Source of the DNA: an uncultured delta proteobacterium
GTDB lineage: Bacteria > Desulfobacterota > Desulfobacteria > Desulfobacterales > Desulfosalsimonadaceae
NCBI GenBank assembly: GCA_963826785.1
Contig: CAWGYD010000010.1
Span: 192,001-256,000, forward strand
DNA: 64,000 nucleotides
Direction of reading: 5' to 3'
This document shows, piece after piece, positions 29,091 to 39,580 of this stretch. The notes below the pieces were generated by a model, which saw nothing but the letters and a program-made list of their open reading frames with translations, was not told the DNA's origin and searched no databases. Positions within the stretch are counted from its first letter, which is position 1. Each line of letters starts with the position of its first letter. Made by a program: the position numbers and the translations under genes.

Positions 29091-30188
29091 ATGTTTAAAA
29101 TGGTTGCGAACTGGTTCAACCAGCGGTTCTCCGATCCCCAGATCGCTATTCTCTGGCTGCTGCTCATTTCGGGATTCCTGATTGTATTTCTGCTGGGCGA
29201 GATGCTGACCCCCGTATTTGCAGGGATCATCATCGCATATCTTCTGGAAGGCATGGTCTCCCGCCTGCAGAGCCTGAAGGTTCCCCGAAATATCGCCGTA
29301 TTCGTTGCGTTCACGCTTTTCATTCTCAGCCTGCTGCTGCTGGTGATCGGACTGCTGCCCCTGCTTTCCCGACAGATCGCCCAGTTGATCCAGGACATGC
29401 CCTCCATGATCGCCCGGGCGCAAACCAAGCTCATGCAGCTTCCCGATCGATATCCGGACTTTATTTCCAAGACACAGATCACCGATCTGATCGGGTTTCT
29501 AAAGATGGAAATCTCTCAGCTGGGCCAGGAGGCATTGGAGTTTTCCATGGCCTCGGTCCGCAACATCATCACCCTGCTGGTGTATCTGGTGCTGGTGCCT
29601 TTTCTGGTACTGTTCTTTTTAAAGGACAAGGACAAAATCCTGGGTTGGTTCAAGCGATTTTTACCGAAAGACAGGGACCTGGCCACGGGGGTCTGGGATG
29701 AGGTGAATCGGCAGATCATCAACTATATCCGCGGCAAAATCTGGGAAATCATCATCGTCTGGGCTGCAAGCTACGTCACCTTCAGCCTGCTCGGACTCAA
29801 TTTTGCCATGCTGATTTCATTTTTCATCGGGCTTTCGGTGTTGATACCGTATATCGGGGCGACCATCCTGACCATCCCGGTAACGCTGATGGCCTTTTTC
29901 CAGTGGGGCTTCGGCCCGCATTTCGCCTGGACCATAGTCTCCTATCTGATCATACAGCTGATCGACGGCAATATTCTGGTTCCCCTGCTGCTTTCGGGCG
30001 TGGTCAATCTTCACCCGGTGGCCATCATCGTCGCCGTTCTGGTATTCGGCGGCCTGTGGGGAATATGGGGGTTGTTTTTTGCCATTCCCCTGGCCACCCT
30101 GGTGCACGCAGTGATCAAAACCTGGTTTCATAAAAAAGAAGAACTCAAGTCCCATGATATCCGAACGGATTCCATTACAAGTGACTAA
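29091..30188 (+). CDS. AI-2E (PerM) family permease
   Basis: Multiple TM helices, LIPYIG, DGNILVP, LHPV, GLFFAIP. Confidence 0.92.
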   Translation: MFKMVANWFNQRFSDPQIAILWLLLISGFLIVFLLGEMLTPVFAGIIIAYLLEGMVSRLQSLKVPRNIAVFVAFTLFILSLLLLVIGLLPLLSRQIAQLIQDMPSMIARAQTKLMQLPDRYPDFISKTQITDLIGFLKMEISQLGQEALEFSMASVRNIITLLVYLVLVPFLVLFFLKDKDKILGWFKRFLPKDRDLATGVWDEVNRQIINYIRGKIWEIIIVWAASYVTFSLLGLNFAMLISFFIGLSVLIPYIGATILTIPVTLMAFFQWGFGPHFAWTIVSYLIIQLIDGNILVPLLLSGVVNLHPVAIIVAVLVFGGLWGIWGLFFAIPLATLVHAVIKTWFHKKEELKSHDIRTDSITSD

Positions 30189-30193
30189 AAGAA

Positions 30194-31351
30194 ATGACAC
30201 TCCCGTTTCAATTTAAATTCCTCTCTTTCAAATGGCTGCGCGCAATGGCGTGTCTTTTTGTATTTCTTTTGACCATAGCGCCGCCCGTTTTAGCCCGGGC
30301 AGAGGCAGAAAAACCAAAACAGGGGGACTTGAGCATCATCAGCCCCCCGTCCGACACCCGGATTGATTTTGCGAAGGAGGCCGTTTCAGAACAGGAAAAT
30401 TTAAGCACCTTCAGCCTTTACCTGGAAAACGATTATTTTTCCGGAGAGGACGGCGGATACACCAATGGTCTGAAACTCACCTGGAGTTCTGCTGTTCATA
30501 AAGAATTCCCGCCCCATGCCTGGCCCCACCGGTGGCTCTATCCCGTGGTTAAATGGCTTCCGCTGGAAAAGGCCGAAGATCGGAAAAACATCACTTTTTC
30601 CATCGGCCAGAATATCTATACGCCCCAGGACATCGAGGCCGAAGATATTGTCGAAGACGACCGCCCCTATGCGGGCATTACCTATCTGGAAATGGGATTT
30701 CACAATCGCCGGGAACGGGAGATGGACACCCTCGAGCTGTTTCTCGGGCTGGTGGGCCCCCACTCCTATGCCGAGCAGGCCCAGAAGGCCGTCCACCAGG
30801 TCTTTGATGATATCGACCCCAAGGGATGGGACAATCAGCTCGACGACGAACCGGTCATCGACATTATTTACGAACACAAGAAAAGAATGCTGCAGTCCGG
30901 CAGCGGTAACGGCCCCGGGTATGACCTCATTTTAAATACGGGGGGGGCACTGGGCAATGCCCTGACGTATTACAACCTGGGCGTGGGGTTTCGCGTCGGA
31001 CTGAACCTGCCCAATGACTTCGGCGATTTTCCCATTAAACCCGCCAGTTCCTACAATGCGGCTTTCGATGCCAAAGACCCCCGCTATCTCAATGCCCATA
31101 AAATCGGAATTTATGTCTTCACCTCCATTGAAGGACGCGCGGTGCTGCACAATATCTTTCTGGACGGAAATACCTTTACCGACAGCCACAGTGTCACCAA
31201 AAAACCGCTGGTGGCCGATTATGCCGCCGGAATCGGCATCATCCGGGGCCGGGCCAAAGTCAGCTTTGCCTATGTCATCCGCACCAAGGAATTTGAAACG
31301 CAGAAAGATCCCCAGCAGTTCGGCACCGCCAGTGTTTCCCTGTCCTATTAG
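30194..31351 (+). CDS. LpxR-like (DUF2219) outer-membrane lipid A deacylase family
   Basis: ENDYF, YTNG, GQNIYTP, DRPYAG, GWDNQL, FLDGNTF. Confidence 0.88.
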   Translation: MTLPFQFKFLSFKWLRAMACLFVFLLTIAPPVLARAEAEKPKQGDLSIISPPSDTRIDFAKEAVSEQENLSTFSLYLENDYFSGEDGGYTNGLKLTWSSAVHKEFPPHAWPHRWLYPVVKWLPLEKAEDRKNITFSIGQNIYTPQDIEAEDIVEDDRPYAGITYLEMGFHNRREREMDTLELFLGLVGPHSYAEQAQKAVHQVFDDIDPKGWDNQLDDEPVIDIIYEHKKRMLQSGSGNGPGYDLILNTGGALGNALTYYNLGVGFRVGLNLPNDFGDFPIKPASSYNAAFDAKDPRYLNAHKIGIYVFTSIEGRAVLHNIFLDGNTFTDSHSVTKKPLVADYAAGIGIIRGRAKVSFAYVIRTKEFETQKDPQQFGTASVSLSY

Positions 31352-31514
31352 ACCGATCCATTTTACAGTTTCGATTTACGTCGAAAAAAGGTATTATGCC
31401 ATCTGCTCTGTTCGGGCGCATGCAGATGATGGCGTGAAGATTGCCATGAGCACATGCAGCCTGATATCCACTTAAACCGCATACCCGCGTTCGTCTCGGA
31501 AAAGGGGGAAACTC

Positions 31515-32318
31515 ATGCGTATTGTCGATCAGCCAAGTGTCTACCTGGTGGCGAAAACCCAGCTGGTGCGCCAGGGCCTGGAAGCCTATTTGAAAGATAT
31601 CGGAGCACCCGACTGGGCAGCAGACCCGGATGTGTCCGATGCCGAAAACCTGGTGGAAGCGGCCGGCCGGATGTGCTACCGCAGCTGGCAGCCCTACGAC
31701 CCGGAAAAACCCGAAGCCACCAATCCCAATGTTGAAAATGTCCGGCGGGGAAACGGCCCCTACCTGGCCAACGTCCTGAAAAGCGGACACGGCTCCATTC
31801 TCGAGCATGCCAGCATGACTTTCATCTGCCGCAACGTATCGCGGGTATTCACGCATGAGCTGGTGCGCCACCGGGCGGGCATGGCCTACAGCCAGGAAAG
31901 CCTTCGGTATGTGCGCCTGGACGACCTCACCTTCTGGCTGCCCGAAGCCGCCGCCGCCAAAAAAGAGGCCCGGCAGAAATTCGAAGACGTCATCGATTTT
32001 CTGGAAAACACCCAGAAGGAGCTGGGGGACATCTTCGGCATGGCAAACATCAAGGATTTTACCACCAAGAAGCAGCTGACCTCCATGTTCCGCCGCCTGG
32101 CCCCCATCGGGCTGGGAACCACCATCATGGTGACGGGAAACCTGCGCTCCTGGCGGCACATCATCGCCATGCGCACTTCACCCCATGCCGAAGAGGAAAT
32201 CCGGATCATCACCGGAGAAATCGCCCGGGTGTGCAGGGAAGAATACCCCAATGTCTTCCAGGATATGGAGTATGACTCCGATTCCGGCTCATGGATCTTT
32301 GTCCATCCGAAAGTCTGA
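31515..32318 (+). CDS. thyX: FAD-dependent thymidylate synthase
   Basis: GHGSILEH, THELVRHR...SQESLRY, NLRSW, AEEEIR. Confidence 0.93.
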   Translation: MRIVDQPSVYLVAKTQLVRQGLEAYLKDIGAPDWAADPDVSDAENLVEAAGRMCYRSWQPYDPEKPEATNPNVENVRRGNGPYLANVLKSGHGSILEHASMTFICRNVSRVFTHELVRHRAGMAYSQESLRYVRLDDLTFWLPEAAAAKKEARQKFEDVIDFLENTQKELGDIFGMANIKDFTTKKQLTSMFRRLAPIGLGTTIMVTGNLRSWRHIIAMRTSPHAEEEIRIITGEIARVCREEYPNVFQDMEYDSDSGSWIFVHPKV

Positions 32319-32421
32319 GGCAATCATGTCCATTTGAAATGAGCTCTCGCAAAGGATACCCGGAAACATTTGTTTCCGGCGCCTTGGCGGGAGCTCATTT
32401 CTTCAATCCTCGATTCCTCAC

Positions 32422-33273
32422 ATGACCCATTCCCATCGCCTCCATATGGAAAACGAGCACTTCCTCGAAACCGCGGATTTTCGCATCCATTATGTTTGCA
32501 AGGGCAAAGGGGTTCCGCTGATACTGGTCCACGGCGGCGGAAATTATTTGTACACATTCAGGCATAATATTGATGCGCTGTCGCAATGGTTTACGGTCTA
32601 TGCTTTAGATATCCCGGGGCACGGTTATTCCAGGGTTCTGGCCGGGTCTCCCTTCGCCTATGACTTTGACCTGGTGTGCGACGCGGTGAACCAGTTCATG
32701 GACCGGCTGGGGATCGAACAGGCACATTTTGCCGGCCATTCCTGGGGCGGGGGGTGGCTGATCGTTTTTGCCCACCGGTTTGGCGGCCGGGTGAAAAAAT
32801 TGGTTCTCATCGATTCCAGCGGCATCCGGCACCGGGAGCGGCTGGCATGGGAACTGTTCAAATACCCGCTCATCGGCGAAGTGGCTGCGGCATTAATTTC
32901 CCCCGGAAGGGTCCGCAAAGGCCTTGCCGACTGCTTTTACAACAGGCGGCTGGCCACCCCCAAACTGGCGGCAGACGTGTACGCGCCGTTTACGCACAGG
33001 GAAAACCGCATGGCCCAGGTTAGGTTTTCACGGAACCTAAACTGGCACACGACAGAAAAAGCCCTGTCCCGGTTGCAGGTACCCTCACTGGTCCTCTGGG
33101 GAAAACAGGACCGGTATATCCCTGTCCAGCACGGCATCCAGATGAGCAAGATGATCGCAAAAGCCCGCCTGGAAATCATCGATCAATGCGGACATTGCCC
33201 CCACGAGGAGCACCCGTCCACGGCAAACCGGGTCATCGCCGAATTTCTGCTGGCAAGACAAGTGTATAAATAG
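32422..33273 (+). CDS. Alpha/beta hydrolase
   Basis: LVHG, DIPGHGYS, GHSWGG, WGKQD, CGHCPHEE. Confidence 0.9.
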   Translation: MTHSHRLHMENEHFLETADFRIHYVCKGKGVPLILVHGGGNYLYTFRHNIDALSQWFTVYALDIPGHGYSRVLAGSPFAYDFDLVCDAVNQFMDRLGIEQAHFAGHSWGGGWLIVFAHRFGGRVKKLVLIDSSGIRHRERLAWELFKYPLIGEVAAALISPGRVRKGLADCFYNRRLATPKLAADVYAPFTHRENRMAQVRFSRNLNWHTTEKALSRLQVPSLVLWGKQDRYIPVQHGIQMSKMIAKARLEIIDQCGHCPHEEHPSTANRVIAEFLLARQVYK

Positions 33274-34605
33274 TTACATGTCTTTTAACAACTGGTTGGC
33301 GGCGATCAGCATGGGATCCCACACCGGGCCGAAGGGCGGCGCATAGGCCAGGTCCGCCTGGGCGAAATCCGCCACCGACATACGGTTGTGCAGCGCAATG
33401 GCCGGCGCGTTGATGCGGTGAGCGGCTCCTTCCCTTCCGACCATCTGGACGCCCAGCAGCCTGCCGGACTTCCTGTCGCCGACCATGTACACCCACAGGG
33501 GGCTCGCCCCCGGATAGCTGTGGGCCCGGGAGGGATTTTCGATCACTATCGACACCGGATCAAACCCCGATGCCTTGGCCTCGGCATCATTTAACCCGGT
33601 TCCCGCCACCTGCAGATCAAAGACCTTGAAGACCTGGGTGCCCACCACTCCGGCAATGGGTGAAGGCGATCCCAGCATGCTGTCGGCCGCCATCCGCCCG
33701 CTGCGGTTGGCCCGCAATCCCAGCGGCATCCAGGTCGGCTTGCCGGTGACCGCATGCCGGGCTTCCGCGCAGTCGCCGGCCGAGTAAATGTTTTCTGCCG
33801 AGGTCTTGAGATAATCATCTACGGCAACGGCCCCGGCGGCCCCCAGAGTGATGCCGGCCTCTTTTGCAATCCGGCTGTTGGGCCGGACCCCTACCCCCAT
33901 CAGCACCAGGTCCCCTTCTATGGAATGGTCTGAACAGGTGGCCAACAGCCGGGAATTGATCTTTTCAATTTTTTCCACCTGGCGGCCGGTATAAAATCGG
34001 ACGCCGTTCGCCTCCAGGGTCTTTTGGATCGGTTTGGAAATTTCGGGGTGGATTCCGGGCAAAAATTCGAGGCCGACCATGTCCACGCCGACACCCCGGG
34101 CCCGAAAGGCCTCGCACATCTCCATGCCGATATATCCCATGCCGACGATCACCACGTCCCTGACATGGTGGATATCCATGAACGACTTCATCTTCCGGCC
34201 GTCGTTCAAGCTTTTGAGGACCATGACCCCGGGCAGGTCGCTTCCGGAAATATCGGGGATTACCGCTGATGCGCCCGTGGCAATGAGCAGGCGGTCATAG
34301 GGATACTCGAAGGATTTTTCGTCGATGGTCTTGCCGGCCACGATGCGCCCGTCCGGATCAATCGTGTGGACATCATATCCGGTCATCAGTTCGATCCCCT
34401 GCTGCCGGAATACCTCGGCCCGGCGGACCACCAGGTCGTCAATATCCCTGTTGACATCAGAAATGTTATAGGGCATCCCGCATGCGCTGTATGATACATC
34501 CATGGTCCTTTCAAGCACCGTTACCGATGTTTTCTTGTCGATCCGCTTTGCCCGGCTCGCAGCACTCATGCCCGCGGCATCTCCTCCGATAATCACCAGC
34601 CTCAT
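33274..34605 (-). CDS. CoA-disulfide reductase / NADH oxidase family flavoprotein
   Basis: GGDAAGMSAA, SYSACGMPY (redox Cys), ATG, YSAGDC, YAPPF. Confidence 0.9.
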   Translation of the reverse strand: MRLVIIGGDAAGMSAASRAKRIDKKTSVTVLERTMDVSYSACGMPYNISDVNRDIDDLVVRRAEVFRQQGIELMTGYDVHTIDPDGRIVAGKTIDEKSFEYPYDRLLIATGASAVIPDISGSDLPGVMVLKSLNDGRKMKSFMDIHHVRDVVIVGMGYIGMEMCEAFRARGVGVDMVGLEFLPGIHPEISKPIQKTLEANGVRFYTGRQVEKIEKINSRLLATCSDHSIEGDLVLMGVGVRPNSRIAKEAGITLGAAGAVAVDDYLKTSAENIYSAGDCAEARHAVTGKPTWMPLGLRANRSGRMAADSMLGSPSPIAGVVGTQVFKVFDLQVAGTGLNDAEAKASGFDPVSIVIENPSRAHSYPGASPLWVYMVGDRKSGRLLGVQMVGREGAAHRINAPAIALHNRMSVADFAQADLAYAPPFGPVWDPMLIAANQLLKDM

Positions 34606-34881
34606 CCGCCTGTTTCCTTTCGTGGTTGAATCCATGTATCGCGTTTGCCCGAATAAAGACGGGCCCATTAGAAAAGCATCATCAAAACAGTAGGATGATT
34701 ATGATGAAAAGTAAAGTGTCGGGTCTGCACCATCATTTTCCGATGGTTGCAATCAATTGAATTTTAAATTGCATCTGCTTGCGATGGGATGAAAGATTTG
34801 CAAAGCCGGCCTTTTTCAGATATTCATTGTACACCGATGCGGTTTTTTTTCCTTCTTTAAAAAGTATAGATCTGACTGATC

Positions 34882-37800
34882 ATGCATTTCACATCCTGTT
34901 CCCAGAATCCCGAACCCGGGTCTAAAATACTTGCCTTCAAAGGGGATGTTATCACCTTTACCCTGGAGCTGGAGGCGGATCTGCCAGGCCGCGCGTGGGT
35001 TCGCACCAATCTCGGCCAGGCGCATACCATGAGGGAAGAGATCATCCGGCGGATTCGGTTCGATTCGCCTCTACTGGGGCGATCCTGGTATGATATCCCC
35101 ATGATCCGGCAGGCGGAAAAACGCTATACGCTCACCCTTGGCCTCACCGAGGTGGGTCACTTCGAAGCCAAATGCTTTTTTCTGGAAACAGGCCGCCCCC
35201 AGCCCCTCTGGCCTCATGGAGACAACATCTCCATCAGCGTGGAGCCCGCCGATACCTGCTGCGCGAACATCATCTACAATGCCTTTGTGAGGCAATTCGG
35301 TTCAAACAAGAGCGGAGCCGGCCATGCCGGTGATCATGCGGGTGAAACCGTCACGTACCTCGATCAGCACGGGTATACGGTGATCCCGCCATCGGGCAAG
35401 TTCAGGGACCTGATCAAAGAACTCGATTTCATCATCGGCCATCTGGGATGCCGCATTCTCCATCTGCTTCCCATTAATCCCACACCCACCACCTACGGGC
35501 GCATGGGCCGGTTCGGCAGCCCCTATGCGGCACTCGATTTCACCGGAATAGATCCGGCCCTGGCCCAGTTTGATCCCAAGGCCACGCCGCTTGAACAGTT
35601 CATCGAATTGGTCGATGCGGTCCATGCCCGAAATGCCAAAATCATCATCGATCTTGCCCCCAATCACACGGGATGGGCGGCAGATCTGCACGAAACCCAC
35701 CCGGAATGGCTGGTGCGGGACCCGGACGGCAAAATCGAAGCGCCAGGCGCCTGGGGAGTGGTCTGGGAAGACCTCACCCGACTGGATTACAGCCATAAAA
35801 AACTGTGGCAGTATGTCGCAGAGGTATTTCTCACCTGGTGTCGCCGCGGGGTGGACGGGTTCCGATGCGATGCCGGATACATGATCCCGGTGGCGGCATG
35901 GAACTATATTGTCGCGTCGGTTAGAGAGGAATTCCCCGATACGATTTTTCTGCTGGAGGGTCTGGGCGGAAAGATATCGGTCACCGAAACCATCCTGGAA
36001 ACATCTAATTTCAACTGGGCCTACTCCGAGTTGTTTCAAAATTATGATCGGAACCAGGTCGAACAGTATCTTCCTGACATCTGGAAAACCGCCTCTCAAA
36101 TCGGCATCATGGTCAATTACGCGGAAACCCATGACAACAACCGGCTGGCGGCGGATTCACGGACATACGCGGCCATGCGCACCGCGTTTTGCGCATTGAC
36201 TTCCGTGTGCGGTGCGTTCGGTTTTGCCAACGGGGTGGAGTGGTTTGCCACCGAAAAGATCAATGTTCACCAGGCCGGCTCACTGAACTGGGGCGATGAA
36301 ACCAATCAGGTGGACTGGATTCGGCGCATGAACCGGCTCCTCACCGCGCACCCCGCATTTTTCGACAAGACCGAATTGAAAATGATTCAATCCGGTCCGG
36401 GCAACTGCATCGCCGTGCTTCGTCTTCACCGGCCCTCCGGCAAGCGGCTGCTGATTCTGGTAAACCTCGATGCCCGTAACCCACAGAATGCCGCCTGGGA
36501 TGTTGAATCTTCGGGCATGCCCCGGGATCACTTTTTCGATCTGCTCCATGCCCGGACGGTGGTTCCCGAAACGGACCGCCGCCGCCGGTCGGTTGCTCTC
36601 GCCCCCGGCGAAGTGATGTGCCTCACCGCCGATCCTGAACCGGAAAACATCCTTGCCGACAGGGAGGTCAACCTGACGGCAAGCCCCGCACATATCCGGC
36701 ACCAGTTGCTCCGGGCTCTGGCCTTGGATATCCGCCATGAACTTTTCGGCTATCGGGATATCGAAGACTTTGATCCGGACCAGGCCGCAGCGGAACTGGC
36801 GAAAGATCCGCTTCAGTTCTGCTCGATGATGAACCCCGAAGGCGAAGAGAGCCGGGTCGTCACGTGGCAATGGCCCGCAGATGCCGAAAGGCAGGTGATG
36901 GTGCCGCCCGGCCATTTCCTGATGGTTCAGGCGGATCAACCCTTCACCGCCCGGTTGATGGATCATCCGGAGCGGGGGAACTGTGTGGGGATCATGAGAA
37001 GCATCGAGCGCCAAGACGGGACGCATTTCACCCTGTTCATGCCCCGGACGGTCCATGATGATCACCAGCTCCATCAACTTCTGCTGTCGGTTTATGCCAA
37101 TAAAAATTGTGTTCACAGGACCGCGCACGTGCTATATCTCGCCCGCCCCGACCGGGTGCGGGTAAAGCAGATGTTTGGGCGAAAGATGCTGTTGAAGCAG
37201 CCGATTTCCTTTCTGGGCACCAACGGGCGGGGGGCCATGCTCAGGGCCCATGCGGACTGGGGGCGCATCAAAAGCAAATACGACGGCCTTCTGGCGGCCA
37301 ACTTTCATTCCCAGTATCCGGAGGACCGGCAGATGATGCTGATCCGGTGCAGGGGATGGCTCGTATACCAGGGGTATTCCCAGGATATCTGCATGGACTG
37401 CCTCCGGCATTTTTACTTCGATTATGCTTCTTCAGGATCATGGCATTTCACCATCCCCTGTGGACAGGGACAGCATGTCATCCTCTCGGCCGTGATCAAA
37501 ATGATACCCGATGAAAACCGGATATGCATTTTCTTCAACCGAGGCGCCTCCGGAAACCGGGGCGACCTGCTCCCCGATCAAATTCCCGTTTCACTGATCA
37601 TCCGGCCGGACATCGACGACCGCAGCTTCCATTCCACCACCAAAGCCTACACCGGACCGGAGGAGCACTGGCCTCGAAGTATTTTGCCCAATAAAAAAGG
37701 ATTTATATTCAGACCCCATCCCGACCGACAGCTGCACATGACTTCCTCAACAGCAAAATTTGTTTCCGAACCCCAGTGGCAGTACATGGTTGAACTCCCT

Positions 37801-39252
37801 TTAGAAGCCGACCGGGGCATGGATGCCCATACCGACCTGTTCAGTCCGGGATATTTCGCCATCGAATTAAAAGGGAACCAGAAGGCGTTTCTGACTGCCG
37901 AAGCCAAGAGTGCCGATCCCAAGGCTTCTTTAAAACCCGCGCCGGAAAATCCGCCCGACGATGCTATCACAAAAATCCGGGTGGCCGCACAACCACCCGG
38001 CCTGGCCATGAAATCGGCCATGGCGCACTATCTGGTTCGTCGAAATGGATATAAGACCGTGATTGCCGGTTATCCCTGGTTTCTGGACTGGGGCCGGGAC
38101 ACCCTGATCGCCTGCCGGGGATTGATTGCCGGTGGTTTTCTCGCCGAAACCGAATCCATCCTGAAGCAGTTCGCCCTCTTTGAAAAATCCGGCACCATTC
38201 CCAACATGATCCGGGGTTCTGATGCGGGCAACCGGGATACTTCGGATGCGCCCTTGTGGCTGTTTGCCGCGGCCCGGGATTTCATCGTCGCTTCGAAAAA
38301 ATCCGATATCCTCATGGCGGACTGCGGCGGGCGCACTTTCCGCGACATCCTGATCTCCATTGCAGACGCATATACCAGTGGAACCCCGAACGGCATTCGA
38401 ATGGACCCGTCATCCGGCCTGATTTTTTCGCCTTCCCATTTCACCTGGATGGACACGAACTACCCCGCATCCACTCCGAGGGAGGGCTATCCCATCGAAA
38501 TCCAGGCCCTGTGGCATCATGCCCTGTCCTTTCTGGCCGCTGTCGATGACGCCGGCAACGCAGCCAAATGGGATCAGTTGGCGGACCGGGTCCAGCATGC
38601 CATTTTTGACCTCTACTACATCAAGGACCGTGGCTACCTGGCGGATAACCTGTGCGCGTCCCTGTCCATGCCTGCCGCCGGCGCCGTAAAGGATGACGCC
38701 CTGCGCCCCAACCAGCTGTTTGCCGTCACACTGGGCGCCATTTCGGATCCGGCCACGGTCAGAAACATACTGGATCGCTGTTCGGTTCTGCTGGTGCCCG
38801 GGGCCATCCGCAGCCTGGCCGACCAGCCCGTGGAAAATCCCCTTCCCGTCTACCACAATGGCCGGCTGCTCAACGACCCGCATCACCCGTATCAGGGAAC
38901 CTATTCCGGCGACGAAGATACCCGGCGCAAGCCCGCCTACCATAACGGCACCGCCTGGACATGGGTGTTCCCCTCATTCTGCGAGGCCTGGTCCATGGCA
39001 TACGGCAAGCCGGGCAAGGCGGCTGCGGCCGCCTGGCTGGGAAGCAGTTCCATATTGATCAACCAGGGATGCGCCGGACAGATTCCCGAAATCATAGATG
39101 GAAATTATCCACACCATCAGCGCGGATGCGACGCACAGGCCTGGGGGGTTACCGAGTGGTTCAGGGTCTGGAATCAGTTGATGAATGATGATTGGAGCCT
39201 TAAGTTTAAAAAGACGAACCTTTCAGGAGTCGAACTTCAGGAGGATAGATGA
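34882..39252 (+). CDS. Glycogen debranching enzyme: GH13 domain fused to amylo-alpha-1,6-glucosidase
   Basis: GSPYA, NHTG, GFRCDAG, ETHDN; AGYPWFLDWGRD, TWMD, RPNQL, AYHNGTAW, QAW. Confidence 0.9.
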   Translation: MHFTSCSQNPEPGSKILAFKGDVITFTLELEADLPGRAWVRTNLGQAHTMREEIIRRIRFDSPLLGRSWYDIPMIRQAEKRYTLTLGLTEVGHFEAKCFFLETGRPQPLWPHGDNISISVEPADTCCANIIYNAFVRQFGSNKSGAGHAGDHAGETVTYLDQHGYTVIPPSGKFRDLIKELDFIIGHLGCRILHLLPINPTPTTYGRMGRFGSPYAALDFTGIDPALAQFDPKATPLEQFIELVDAVHARNAKIIIDLAPNHTGWAADLHETHPEWLVRDPDGKIEAPGAWGVVWEDLTRLDYSHKKLWQYVAEVFLTWCRRGVDGFRCDAGYMIPVAAWNYIVASVREEFPDTIFLLEGLGGKISVTETILETSNFNWAYSELFQNYDRNQVEQYLPDIWKTASQIGIMVNYAETHDNNRLAADSRTYAAMRTAFCALTSVCGAFGFANGVEWFATEKINVHQAGSLNWGDETNQVDWIRRMNRLLTAHPAFFDKTELKMIQSGPGNCIAVLRLHRPSGKRLLILVNLDARNPQNAAWDVESSGMPRDHFFDLLHARTVVPETDRRRRSVALAPGEVMCLTADPEPENILADREVNLTASPAHIRHQLLRALALDIRHELFGYRDIEDFDPDQAAAELAKDPLQFCSMMNPEGEESRVVTWQWPADAERQVMVPPGHFLMVQADQPFTARLMDHPERGNCVGIMRSIERQDGTHFTLFMPRTVHDDHQLHQLLLSVYANKNCVHRTAHVLYLARPDRVRVKQMFGRKMLLKQPISFLGTNGRGAMLRAHADWGRIKSKYDGLLAANFHSQYPEDRQMMLIRCRGWLVYQGYSQDICMDCLRHFYFDYASSGSWHFTIPCGQGQHVILSAVIKMIPDENRICIFFNRGASGNRGDLLPDQIPVSLIIRPDIDDRSFHSTTKAYTGPEEHWPRSILPNKKGFIFRPHPDRQLHMTSSTAKFVSEPQWQYMVELPLEADRGMDAHTDLFSPGYFAIELKGNQKAFLTAEAKSADPKASLKPAPENPPDDAITKIRVAAQPPGLAMKSAMAHYLVRRNGYKTVIAGYPWFLDWGRDTLIACRGLIAGGFLAETESILKQFALFEKSGTIPNMIRGSDAGNRDTSDAPLWLFAAARDFIVASKKSDILMADCGGRTFRDILISIADAYTSGTPNGIRMDPSSGLIFSPSHFTWMDTNYPASTPREGYPIEIQALWHHALSFLAAVDDAGNAAKWDQLADRVQHAIFDLYYIKDRGYLADNLCASLSMPAAGAVKDDALRPNQLFAVTLGAISDPATVRNILDRCSVLLVPGAIRSLADQPVENPLPVYHNGRLLNDPHHPYQGTYSGDEDTRRKPAYHNGTAWTWVFPSFCEAWSMAYGKPGKAAAAAWLGSSSILINQGCAGQIPEIIDGNYPHHQRGCDAQAWGVTEWFRVWNQLMNDDWSLKFKKTNLSGVELQEDR

Positions 39253-39557
39253 GCATTAAAAAACAGTATCTTAAATCACGCCCTGTCTGCAAGGCCACCT
39301 TTCGTCTGGACAAGGAAACCGTTCAGAACGCCCAAACCGTCCATATCGTGGGGGAATTCAACGACTGGAGCACTGATGAGACACCGATGAACAAGTTGAA
39401 AAACGGCGCATTTACGATCACCCTGGAACTCGATTTGAACCGGGAATACCAGTTCAGATACCTGGTCGACCAGCGGACCTGGATCAATGATCCGGAATCA
39501 GACAAATACGTGCCGACGGAATTTTCCGGGACCGACAATTCGGTGATTGTCCTTTAA
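39249..39557 (+). CDS. Isoamylase early-set / CBM48 domain protein
   Basis: VGEFNDW, YQFRYLVD..WIND, DNSV. Confidence 0.9.
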   Translation: MSIKKQYLKSRPVCKATFRLDKETVQNAQTVHIVGEFNDWSTDETPMNKLKNGAFTITLELDLNREYQFRYLVDQRTWINDPESDKYVPTEFSGTDNSVIVL

Positions 39558-39580
39558 GCATCAGAAAAGGGATTTCGTAA

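Noticed and set aside
31397..31433. Hairpin upstream of thyX (GCCATCTGC...GCAGATGATGGC) as a riboswitch
   Set aside because: It does not match THF or ZTP riboswitch consensus as I recall them; one imperfect stem is not enough without an Rfam scan.
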